From: Candidatus Bathyarchaeota archaeon
GTDB taxonomy: Archaea > Thermoproteota > Bathyarchaeia > TCS64
Length of the DNA: 64,000 bases
Direction of reading: 5' to 3'
NCBI GenBank assembly: GCA_018652685.1
Contig: JABIBQ010000080.1
Span: 8,357 to 72,356, forward strand
The translations under genes and the position numbers were made by a program. Shown one piece after another: positions 54,736-63,268 of the stretch. Below the pieces are notes generated by a model, which did not search any database, was not told the DNA's origin, and worked only from the letters and a program-made list of their open reading frames with translations. How positions within the stretch are numbered: the stretch's first letter is position 1; the number at the start of each line of letters is the position of its first letter.

Positions 54736-55683
54736 ATGGACCCAGTAGTCTACGCCGAGGCAGCGTTCAGACACCCATTGAAGGCTGAGAAAGGGGATAG
54801 AGCCCTCATAGTTTACGAGGCGGACAGGTACAAGATGGCAGAGCCATTCATTGGGGCGGCCAAGACTCTGGGCCTTGAGACACTTCTGGTTAGGCTTCCA
54901 GCGCCCGACCAAGCGAGATTAGGGATTGAGGAAGAAATTCGCGAGACAATCAAATCGTTCAAACCGGATACCTGCGTCAACGTCATCCGTTACAGGGATA
55001 CCGAGACGAGTTTCAGATCCGAGTTGCTTGCAACAGAGAGACTTTCAGTTAAGACCGTCGGCCACAGCCCGGGAGGCACACCTGACATGTTTATCGACGG
55101 CGGCCTCGCGTTGACAGACGATAACTACTTTGAGATGTACTCCTGGATGGACAATCTTGTAGCTCAAACCAAAGGGGCTGACAGCGTCCACATCACCGCC
55201 CCAAACGGCACTGATTTCACGGTCGGTCTCAGGGACAGCTTCTTCAGACCCGAGACGATGAACCTGCCAACTGGTCAGGTGAGCTGCGTCCCTCCCGAGA
55301 CGGGTACACTTGATGGTAGAATTGTCTGCATCCACGGCGGCACTGGGGCGATGAGGCTTGATGCCCCGGTTGTCCTAGATGCCGTGAAAGGCTCAGTAAA
55401 TTCGATTGATTGCAACGACCCTGAGCTACTGGAAATGGTTTCAACCGAGTTCAACAGGGACCTGGGGGCTCGGATGACCAACGAGATCGGTATCGGAGCG
55501 AACAGGATGGCAAAGGTCAGGATGAACCCCCTTGACGCCGAAAAGAACAGGGGCTCCATCAGCATCGGATTCGGCGGTCCACACAACGACTCCGTGGCAC
55601 AGCTCAACCTCCTGATCCCCAGGGCCACCGCTGTGATAACCAGGAATGGCGTGGAGACCACCATCGTATCCCCTACCCACTAG
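54736..55683 (+). CDS. M29 (aminopeptidase T/S)-like protein
   Basis: 315 aa. Blocks NLPTGQVSCVPPE..DGRIV, EIGIGAN and DAEKNRGSISIGFG resemble M29 signatures. Confidence 0.55.
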   Translation: MDPVVYAEAAFRHPLKAEKGDRALIVYEADRYKMAEPFIGAAKTLGLETLLVRLPAPDQARLGIEEEIRETIKSFKPDTCVNVIRYRDTETSFRSELLATERLSVKTVGHSPGGTPDMFIDGGLALTDDNYFEMYSWMDNLVAQTKGADSVHITAPNGTDFTVGLRDSFFRPETMNLPTGQVSCVPPETGTLDGRIVCIHGGTGAMRLDAPVVLDAVKGSVNSIDCNDPELLEMVSTEFNRDLGARMTNEIGIGANRMAKVRMNPLDAEKNRGSISIGFGGPHNDSVAQLNLLIPRATAVITRNGVETTIVSPTH

Positions 55684-55720
55684 TTGACCGCAAGAGGTAA
55701 ACACTCGCGGCATCAACTCA

Positions 55721-56908
55721 TTGGACAAGATGGTGAATGAGACTAAAAGCAACAGGCTCATCCTGCCATCGCTTCTCATAGCGACGCTGAGCACCTACCC
55801 ACCGTCAATCGTGGCCTCGGTGCTGCTCACGGAGATCAGTAAAGATCTTAACGTCCCCATCGGGATCGGCGGACAGATCAGGACAGCCGCCAGCATGGTC
55901 GCGTTCATCGGCAGCATCGCGATGACGTTCATAGCGGCCCGGTACAATTACAAGCGCCTCCTCACGGTTGGGCTCCTAGTGATAGCCGCCTCGGCTGTGA
56001 CCAGCAGCCTTGCCCCCAGCTTCTCCGTGCTGCTCCTGTCAACGGTTCTGACGGGGGCGGGCATGGCAATAGTGGTACCCATGACAACGACCCTCATCGC
56101 GGAGTACTTCCCGCTAGCCGAGCAAGGGCGGGCCATGAGCCTCCTCGGGGTAGGAGGCGGCTTTGGGTTCCTGTTAGGTGGGACGATAGTAGGGCAACTA
56201 GCCGCAGTCGGTGGCTGGAGACTCGCATATATCGGGTTTGCGGGGACTCTTGGTGCGCTTGGATTGATAATCACTTATTTTACCCTCCCGGACACGGAGA
56301 ACAAGGGAGTAAAGGATATTACATCCGGGGTACGGGAGATCGTATCAAATAGGAGCGCCATCGGTTGCCTCGTGAGCAACCTCCTCGCATCGGCTGGCAT
56401 CCAGGGGGTCTACTTCTGGTGCTTCAGCTTCATCAAGGAGACATTCCAGACAAGCACGGTGCAGACGGGATACATCTTCACCGGTACGGCGGTTATGTTC
56501 ATCACTGGTAGCTACCTGACATCCCGCGTCCTCTCCAGACTAGGGCCGAAGCTCACTGTCACACTTGGGTTGATTGGCACCAGCGTATGCACTGTGGTGT
56601 ACAACATCTCACCCACGTTATCAATTGCAACCGTAGCCATACTTACTGGCAACCTCCTCGATTCATTCAGGTACAACGCCCACAACACCCTCAGCCTCGG
56701 ACAGACCGAGTCAAAGGGCTCCATGATGAGCCTCCACAACGCTGCGTCAAACCTCGGCTACTCCATTGGGAGCGCACTTGGGGTCTTACTGCTGGTGTCC
56801 AACTGGCTGACACTGGGCACGATACTGACGGCCATGTCCCTCACTGCTGCAGCAACGATACTGGCAGTCGTCAAACTGCCAGACTCAGAAATCGTATTAG
56901 ACCAATAA
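55721..56908 (+). CDS. MFS transporter
   Basis: 395 aa with a TTG start and 12 TM helices. Confidence 0.75.
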   Translation: MDKMVNETKSNRLILPSLLIATLSTYPPSIVASVLLTEISKDLNVPIGIGGQIRTAASMVAFIGSIAMTFIAARYNYKRLLTVGLLVIAASAVTSSLAPSFSVLLLSTVLTGAGMAIVVPMTTTLIAEYFPLAEQGRAMSLLGVGGGFGFLLGGTIVGQLAAVGGWRLAYIGFAGTLGALGLIITYFTLPDTENKGVKDITSGVREIVSNRSAIGCLVSNLLASAGIQGVYFWCFSFIKETFQTSTVQTGYIFTGTAVMFITGSYLTSRVLSRLGPKLTVTLGLIGTSVCTVVYNISPTLSIATVAILTGNLLDSFRYNAHNTLSLGQTESKGSMMSLHNAASNLGYSIGSALGVLLLVSNWLTLGTILTAMSLTAAATILAVVKLPDSEIVLDQ

Positions 56909-56916
56909 AAGTGGGA

Positions 56917-58080
56917 TTACTCCCAGAACTTTTCAGGGGGCACCTGTTTTCCGTAGCCCATGAAGTCATCAGACCAGGCCCAGAACTTGTTCAGCGCGGG
57001 CACATTACGGATGAACCACTTGACCACGTCGTGGTGTAAACCAGGCTTCTTGTTGAACGAGCAGACCCTGAAGCAGATGCCGCACCCTGATTCGACCACG
57101 CTCCAGTGGTCAAGGCATCCCTCGGCGTCCACGTACCACTTGAGTGCTCCGGGGTTGTTGGCGTCACTCACGGTCTCGTAGCTGCGCCTTCCGCTGGATA
57201 TTGATTGACTCGGGCACATTTCTGCACATTTCTTGCAGTCCTCGCAGAACTCCACAATCCCCCCGGGGGCCATGGCGCTCTGAGCAAGTGGCAGGTCGGT
57301 GAATATCTTGAGTATCCTGCACATGCTTCCATGCTTCCAAGTAATGAGCCTGCCATGTCTACCTAGATGTCCAAGACCTGCCTGAATGGCCATAGGGACA
57401 CTCACAGCTGTGTCATTTCCGCAGGGGACGGCGTGGTACCCGAGGCCCCTGATGAACTCGGCCACCATCCCACCGAGGATATGCATTTGGCTGTATCCAA
57501 GGCCTGAAACGGACTCGGTTGCCGATGGCGTATGCATGAAGTTCTCCAGATCCATGGGGACCGTCAACACGATGACCCATTTGTGGCTCTCCGGGATGAC
57601 CGCCTTCTCTTCGGTGGTGTACCCCTCCTCCACGTCCTCAAAGACGATGGGCTTGCCGTACCTGGTGTGGCTGTAGACCCATCGCTTGTCAAGAGGCGTG
57701 AACCCAGTGTCCCCTGCACCGTAGAACTTACACGCCTTGCGCACTGCCTTTGCCGCTTCTTCTGGAGTTGACTCCCATTTACCTACCCCGGGATACTTCT
57801 TGGCCTTCCCGAGGCTCTGCCACTTGTAAAACCCCTTATCCTGGGTATGGCTCTCCCCGAAAGGCGTCTCGTACATCCCTGCTGCGTCGTGGAACGCATA
57901 ATCAAGCAAGCTGAACCCCTTCCTACCTGATAGTATCCTGCCCGCCCTGGACTCCAGAGAGGTGAACTGAAGCAGTTTGCCCGTCTTCTTGAATGCCTGG
58001 CCGAACGCGGTATCCCTCGCGTCGAACCTCTCGTACTCGTCCTTAACGGGGTACAGCTCGTCAAAGGATTTCTTGGCCAT
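56917..58080 (-). CDS. Reductive dehalogenase-family protein (RdhA-like, no TAT signal, no RdhB partner)
   Basis: The likely start is ATG 58080 (GTG 58089 is possible). Blocks FYGAGDTGFTPLDKRWVYSH and GLGHLGRHGRLIT...IFTDLPL, and two Fe-S motifs: CEDCKKCAEMCP and C-x10-CGICFRVC. Confidence 0.7.
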   Translation of the reverse strand: MAKKSFDELYPVKDEYERFDARDTAFGQAFKKTGKLLQFTSLESRAGRILSGRKGFSLLDYAFHDAAGMYETPFGESHTQDKGFYKWQSLGKAKKYPGVGKWESTPEEAAKAVRKACKFYGAGDTGFTPLDKRWVYSHTRYGKPIVFEDVEEGYTTEEKAVIPESHKWVIVLTVPMDLENFMHTPSATESVSGLGYSQMHILGGMVAEFIRGLGYHAVPCGNDTAVSVPMAIQAGLGHLGRHGRLITWKHGSMCRILKIFTDLPLAQSAMAPGGIVEFCEDCKKCAEMCPSQSISSGRRSYETVSDANNPGALKWYVDAEGCLDHWSVVESGCGICFRVCSFNKKPGLHHDVVKWFIRNVPALNKFWAWSDDFMGYGKQVPPEKFWE

Positions 58081-58088
58081 TTTAATCA

Positions 58089-59471
58089 CTAGAACACGAT
58101 GTGGTGCTTGATGCGTTTAGCCGCATCAGCGACATGGCTCACAACCGCCTCGGCGTCAATGGTCGGGAAGGTACCGTTGTCGTATACCATTTTCCCGTTT
58201 ACCATGGTCCAGACCGTGTCCCTGCCTCCTGAGCCCGCGTATACGAGGGTCTCTAGCGGCTCGTAGAGCGGCGTCAGGAAGTGGTTGCCCTTGATCTTTA
58301 CGGCTGTGAGGTCGGCCAGCTGTCCTGGTTGTACAGTGCCCAGATCGTCGTGCCCTAACATCTTTGCGCCGGTTACAGTTGCCATCTTGAACGCGTCAAG
58401 GTGGCTCACCGCGTCGGCCTTCATCTTATTAATCCTCTGGAGGAGGACAGCCTGCCTCATGTCCCTGTACATGTCCAGGCTATCGTTCTGGGGGGCACCG
58501 TCAGTGCCTATCCCGACGTCCACGCCTTTCTCCAGTAGTTCAACAAGTGGTAACACGCCGATTGCACATATCTGGTTACAGCTTGGCATATGTGAAATGC
58601 TTGCTCCTGTCTCCTTGACCATGTCCATCTCGGCCTCGGCCATCCAGATACAATGGGCCAGGCTCGTCCTCTCATCAAGTATGCCTAAGTTGTAAGCCAT
58701 TGCAACGCTCCCAACGTAACCTGTGTCTCGCTGGACTATCTTGATCTCCGGTGATGTACCCGCCCAGTGGAGATGGTAACGAGTATCGTAGTCATCTGCC
58801 ATCTTCTTGAGCTCGACAAGTGCCTCGTTTGTGCATCCACCGACTGTTCTCTTGCCGCCTGATGGGCCGACCCATGCCTGGACAAGGTCGTCCGGTTTCT
58901 CCTTCTTCCATGCATCGAGGAAAACTTTCGTCTCCCCGAGCTCCTGGGCCATGTCCTTGCCCACGTGTCCCTGGTCGATGGTGCTGAAGTCCTCGGCTCC
59001 CTTGGCTATGGCTCCCCTGAGCCCGAACTCGTGGAGGGCGTGGGCCATGGTTAGGCTGTGGCGTTTTGCGAAGTTGACGCTGTGTTCAATAAGGGCCGTA
59101 GAGCCGCTGCTGGCGGCCTCCATGGCGGTGATAAGGGTCAGCGACCTGTACAGCTCCTCGCCCTCGTCCTCCATTGCCTTGGCCGTGGGGAAGACTAGCC
59201 TGTCACACCACTCGTGGAACGGGAAATCATGGCCCAATCCACGCATCATAGTCTCGTGGATGTGGGTGTGAGTGTTGATGAGCCCGGGTAGGATAGCCTG
59301 ACCCGTGCAGTCACGTTCCTCGTCGATGATGTGGTCAGCCTTTAGTTTCTCGTAAGGGCCTACATCGATTATCCTGTCGCCTTTGATCAGCACCGAATAT
59401 TTCTCGTTGATAATGGACGCGCCTTGAATGACATAGTCAGCGTCCCTAAGAACCAGCGTTTTATCGCTCAT
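58089..59471 (-). CDS. Amidohydro_1-family hydrolase (TRZ/ATZ chlorohydrolase / MtaD-type deaminase group)
   Basis: The likely start is ATG 59471. Motifs ILPGLINTHTHIHE, a central HL.W/HC region, and C-terminal GTDG and LADLT. Confidence 0.8.
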   Translation of the reverse strand: MSDKTLVLRDADYVIQGASIINEKYSVLIKGDRIIDVGPYEKLKADHIIDEERDCTGQAILPGLINTHTHIHETMMRGLGHDFPFHEWCDRLVFPTAKAMEDEGEELYRSLTLITAMEAASSGSTALIEHSVNFAKRHSLTMAHALHEFGLRGAIAKGAEDFSTIDQGHVGKDMAQELGETKVFLDAWKKEKPDDLVQAWVGPSGGKRTVGGCTNEALVELKKMADDYDTRYHLHWAGTSPEIKIVQRDTGYVGSVAMAYNLGILDERTSLAHCIWMAEAEMDMVKETGASISHMPSCNQICAIGVLPLVELLEKGVDVGIGTDGAPQNDSLDMYRDMRQAVLLQRINKMKADAVSHLDAFKMATVTGAKMLGHDDLGTVQPGQLADLTAVKIKGNHFLTPLYEPLETLVYAGSGGRDTVWTMVNGKMVYDNGTFPTIDAEAVVSHVADAAKRIKHHIVF

Positions 59472-59589
59472 GCTGTATCTCCTGCGGTTCGCGTATTTGA
59501 AACCAACTGGATGAACTCTACACACGGATATTATCCGGTCACGTTTCTGTACATACGCAGATTATTCACCCTTGAAACTGGGTGAAGCC

Positions 59590-60831
59590 TCAGGGGCCCT
59601 CTTTTGGCTTCAATAATAGAAGGATGAGCAAGGTACCAACAGTGTTCATCAGGAAACTCGCGTAGAATGGGGCTTCGGGTGAGACATTGTCGGTGAGGTA
59701 GCCACCCACATAACTAGCCGGCGTACCGATGATGCTCACGAAAGTACCCATGAGGCCCATCATCCTGGCCCTCCCCTCGGCTGGAGTCATGTCGGCCACC
59801 AGTGCCTGCCAGACGGGGCCACCCCTGACCCTCATGAAAGTCCCGCCAAGGCCGGAACCGATGCTGCCTGTAACTCGGAAAGCCCCCAGTGTGAGCACAC
59901 TACTGCTCAGGGGGATTCCGATAGTGCTGAGGCTTGCTATGACCCTGCTAATGATCACTGTCTGTTTCCGGCCTATCCTATCACTGAGCACTCCACCGGG
60001 GAGGGTCAGGAACAGGGAAACCATACTCACGACTGTGCTGATAGCCCCGTACTCGGTCTTGGAGAGCCCCATGACGTTGATAACATATGGAACCGTGAAG
60101 CTGAAGACCATCCTTACAGAGAAGGAGCTGAGCCCGGCGACGACGGTTAACACCCACGCTTCCCTTGGCATCGACCCGAGTTCACGGATGCTACCAAGAT
60201 TGAGATCTAATTGTGTGTCCTTTCTCGCGTCAGGAAGCAATGTCTCTTCGAGGAATAACCAGTAGACCACGGCACTGAGAGCGGACATCCCGATTACCCC
60301 TGTTAATACCACTCTTACGCCTGGTATGACGCCGAAATGATCCATTATCATGCCACCGACGATACCAGAAAACACGTTTGGTATCTTCCCTACGAAACTT
60401 ATCGCCGCAAACCCGGCCCCCCGTTTATCAGTGGGTAGGCTTTCCGCGATCAAGGCGTTCATGGCGCCCCTGCTCAGAGATGCGGCCGAGGAGAGTATCA
60501 TCGCTGGTGCCAATTGAATCCATTCCCCTGCGAACAGGTAGATGAGGGGTGCCCCAAAGCTAAGAACAGCCGCGGCGATGATGACCCGCTTCCTGCCGTA
60601 CCTATCAGCAAGTACGCCCCCCGGGATCTGGAAGAACATCCCACCCAGGGTCTCCACCATCACAAGCAGGCCGAGGATCTCATTTGTCGCCCCCAACTCA
60701 AGGATAAAGAGGCTCTTATACGGCCACCAGAGCCAAGCGAGGAACATGCTCAGGGTCTGGGTGAGCATGACGATTACGATATTTCGGTTATCAAGGAACT
60801 CGCGTACGCCCTGGAGTGACACAGTTAACAC
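59590..60831 (-). CDS. MFS transporter
   Basis: 413 aa with 12 TM helices and motif GGVLADRYGRKR. Confidence 0.8.
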   Translation of the reverse strand: MLTVSLQGVREFLDNRNIVIVMLTQTLSMFLAWLWWPYKSLFILELGATNEILGLLVMVETLGGMFFQIPGGVLADRYGRKRVIIAAAVLSFGAPLIYLFAGEWIQLAPAMILSSAASLSRGAMNALIAESLPTDKRGAGFAAISFVGKIPNVFSGIVGGMIMDHFGVIPGVRVVLTGVIGMSALSAVVYWLFLEETLLPDARKDTQLDLNLGSIRELGSMPREAWVLTVVAGLSSFSVRMVFSFTVPYVINVMGLSKTEYGAISTVVSMVSLFLTLPGGVLSDRIGRKQTVIISRVIASLSTIGIPLSSSVLTLGAFRVTGSIGSGLGGTFMRVRGGPVWQALVADMTPAEGRARMMGLMGTFVSIIGTPASYVGGYLTDNVSPEAPFYASFLMNTVGTLLILLLLKPKEGP

Positions 60832-60879
60832 GGGTATGACTGGTATAAAAAATGGGCTTGATGTGGACTAGATGGCCAA

Positions 60880-62058
60880 TCAGGACGGGTCTTCCCGTAT
60901 AGCCCAGACCGAGTAGACGGCGTTCAAGGACAGTGCGATGACCACGAACCATATGCTGACACCCGACCCCATGGTCTGGTATAGGTACCCTACTGTCGGC
61001 GTCGAGATCAGGCCTCCGATGTTCTCTGCCTCTGAGTACAGCCCCATGATTAACCCTGAGCGATCCTTGCTCATCACAGAGATGAGGTGGAGCATCATGC
61101 TGGTATCTGCTGCGGCCCAGCTCAATCCCTGCAACACCCCGACGAAGTACATGAGGTAGATTCCACCAGTGTACATGAGTGCTAGGTAGCTTGTAACCCA
61201 TCCCAGGAGCGACGCGATTATGAGCTTCTTGTTTCCAAGCCGGTCACAGAGGTCTCCCAGGATCGACCGCCCAGCTGCTCCTGCAAATCGGAATATACTG
61301 AAGAATGCGCCTATCTGTGACTCTGATGCGGCATAGATGGGGGACTCGTTGAGAAATACTGGGAGGAAGTTATGGAGAAAGCCCATGTTGAAGAAGAATA
61401 AACCTCTGACGCTAAAGATCCTGAGGATTGGCCCAGTCAGGATACTCCTCAGGTCGCCGAACCCGTTTCCCGTTGATTTTGATTCAGGTTCCTCGTACTT
61501 GATCGAAAACACAGCAAACATACCCACGAGCCCTATTGCGGCGGCTATGTAGAAGGGAAGGTCATACCCGAAGACCTCCGAGATGTATCCACCGATTAGT
61601 GGGCTAACCATGCCACCGAAACCGATTACTGACATGTATCTGCCATATGCCTTACCACGATCCTCTGACGGGAGCAGTTCCGCGGTCAATGCCTTCATCG
61701 GTATGCTGTACGCCGACATGATGCTTGTCTTCAGGAACTCCAGGACCATAAAGAAACCCAGCCCAGTCGCCATCGGGTAGACACCGTAGAGGATAGTAGT
61801 AAGCAGCAGGGAGCCAGCCAACATCCACCGTTTGTTCCACCTGTCTGCTATAACCCCCATGAACGGCTCCCATATGAACCACCCCAGCATCGATGCGGTG
61901 CCAAGGAGCCCAATCTGGGCCAAGGTTAGCCCTTGGCTGCGGACGAATAGGCTCAGGATGGGTGATATAATGCCCCCACGGAAGTTTGTGGTGAGCTGTA
62001 CGATCATGAGCATCAACAGCGAACGCTGCCTGTCCAAGGGTTTAGCCATGACCATCAA
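60880..62058 (-). CDS. MFS transporter
   Basis: 392 aa with 12 TM helices and motif GVIADRWNKR. Confidence 0.8.
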   Translation of the reverse strand: MMVMAKPLDRQRSLLMLMIVQLTTNFRGGIISPILSLFVRSQGLTLAQIGLLGTASMLGWFIWEPFMGVIADRWNKRWMLAGSLLLTTILYGVYPMATGLGFFMVLEFLKTSIMSAYSIPMKALTAELLPSEDRGKAYGRYMSVIGFGGMVSPLIGGYISEVFGYDLPFYIAAAIGLVGMFAVFSIKYEEPESKSTGNGFGDLRSILTGPILRIFSVRGLFFFNMGFLHNFLPVFLNESPIYAASESQIGAFFSIFRFAGAAGRSILGDLCDRLGNKKLIIASLLGWVTSYLALMYTGGIYLMYFVGVLQGLSWAAADTSMMLHLISVMSKDRSGLIMGLYSEAENIGGLISTPTVGYLYQTMGSGVSIWFVVIALSLNAVYSVWAIREDPS

Positions 62059-62095
62059 AAACGAGTGGTCGGCTTAAAAAAGGTGTTAATATAAA

Positions 62096-63052
62096 CTAGG
62101 CGACTTGTGGAACTAGCTCGGCAGCGTCAACGTGGACCTTTTCGAGGGCGTTCTTGAGACCTCTGTACCTGTTCCTCAGTGTAACCTCTGTGGTCCCTGC
62201 CGCTTTCGCTATGACCCTTTGGACGCGCTTCTCGCCCGTCTCCTGGCAGGCCATGTATAGGGCAGCCGCGGCTAGACCCCTTGGGTCCTTGCCTGTCAAC
62301 TCCCTCATCTCGTCGGCCTTTCTAAGGATCCTGATGGCAGTCTGCTCGGTTAGCTGGGTCACCTTGAGGTGTCCCGCGATGCTGGGCACGAACTTGTAGG
62401 GCCCGTCTACCGGCGGCCTGAGCTTTAGCTCCCTGTGGAGTAGCCTGTATGTCATGGCCACCTCGCTGTGTAGCCGTTTGCTGGCCTTGCTGACTTCCTT
62501 AAGTGGTCTGGGTATGCCCATAACCCTGCATGCGGCGTAGATGCTGGCGGCAACGAACGCGTCGATGCTCCTTCCTCGAATGAGGTCTTTCAGCAGTGCC
62601 TTCCTGTAGATGAGGGCGGCGTTCTCCTTGACGCTCCTCGGCAGATGCAGATCGCTTGTGAGCCTGTCAAGCTCAGCCATGGCGATGCTCAGGTTCCTTG
62701 CGTGTGTCTCGTTTACCTTGCTCCTGTTGTCCTGGCGCTGGAGCCTCCGCATCCTGCGCTGAGTCTCAAAGTCCAGTCGTTTCCCTGAGGCGTCCTTGTC
62801 TCCCTTGATGACCGTTGATAGGCCCTTGTCGTAGATGCTGTAGCTGTAGCCTGTCCCTGTCCTTCTTCTGTCGTTTTCCTGCAGGTTGAATACTCTGTAC
62901 TCGGGGCCGAGGTCCACGATGATATCAGTTACCACTAGACCACATGAAGCGCAGACACGTTCCCCCGTCTGTCTGTCGTTCACTATTTTGCTGCCTCCGC
63001 AGTGGGGGCAATTGGACGCAGTGTCCTCGTTTTCTATATTTACTCGGTTCAC
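62096..63052 (-). CDS. tfb: Transcription initiation factor IIB (TFB)
   Basis: 318 aa with a GTG start preceded by GGAGG. Zn ribbon CPHCGGSKIV...RVCASCGLVV, a B-finger/linker and two cyclin-fold repeats. Confidence 0.92.
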   Translation of the reverse strand: MNRVNIENEDTASNCPHCGGSKIVNDRQTGERVCASCGLVVTDIIVDLGPEYRVFNLQENDRRRTGTGYSYSIYDKGLSTVIKGDKDASGKRLDFETQRRMRRLQRQDNRSKVNETHARNLSIAMAELDRLTSDLHLPRSVKENAALIYRKALLKDLIRGRSIDAFVAASIYAACRVMGIPRPLKEVSKASKRLHSEVAMTYRLLHRELKLRPPVDGPYKFVPSIAGHLKVTQLTEQTAIRILRKADEMRELTGKDPRGLAAAALYMACQETGEKRVQRVIAKAAGTTEVTLRNRYRGLKNALEKVHVDAAELVPQVA

Positions 63053-63077
63053 TTTCTTTCCTCCTAAAAGTTATACC

Positions 63078-63096
63078 TATGGGTATTTTACCCATA
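63078..63096. promoter_or_regulatory. Perfect 8-3-8 palindrome in the tfb upstream region
   Basis: TATGGGTA-TTT-TACCCATA lies 26-44 nt upstream of the tfb GTG. A TTTATAAG (minus-strand) TATA-like element lies about 30 nt further upstream. Confidence 0.4.
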
Positions 63097-63268
63097 TTAC
63101 ATTGAAATCTTCTACGACATCGCTTATAAATGTTACTTTCTTCATGTGTTCTCGTTGATATCTTCCCCATAATATAAAACAAGTTCTGGACAGGGAGTTC
63201 ATACTGGACCGCTGATCTTTTCGTCAACCAGACTTTGGCGAATGAGATAGGAAAAAAGGATCAGAGGA

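Noticed and set aside
56917-58080. The alternative call of the RdhA-like ORF as epoxyqueuosine reductase QueG.
   Set aside because: It lacks the C-terminal HEAT-like extension of QueG as I recall it. The second Fe-S motif has the RdhA-type C-x10-CxxCxxxC spacing, and the N-terminal half carries the RdhA block ..GA..(V/T)G(I/F).PL....VYS. Queuosine is not an archaeal modification. This still needs a phylogeny, so the confidence was kept moderate.
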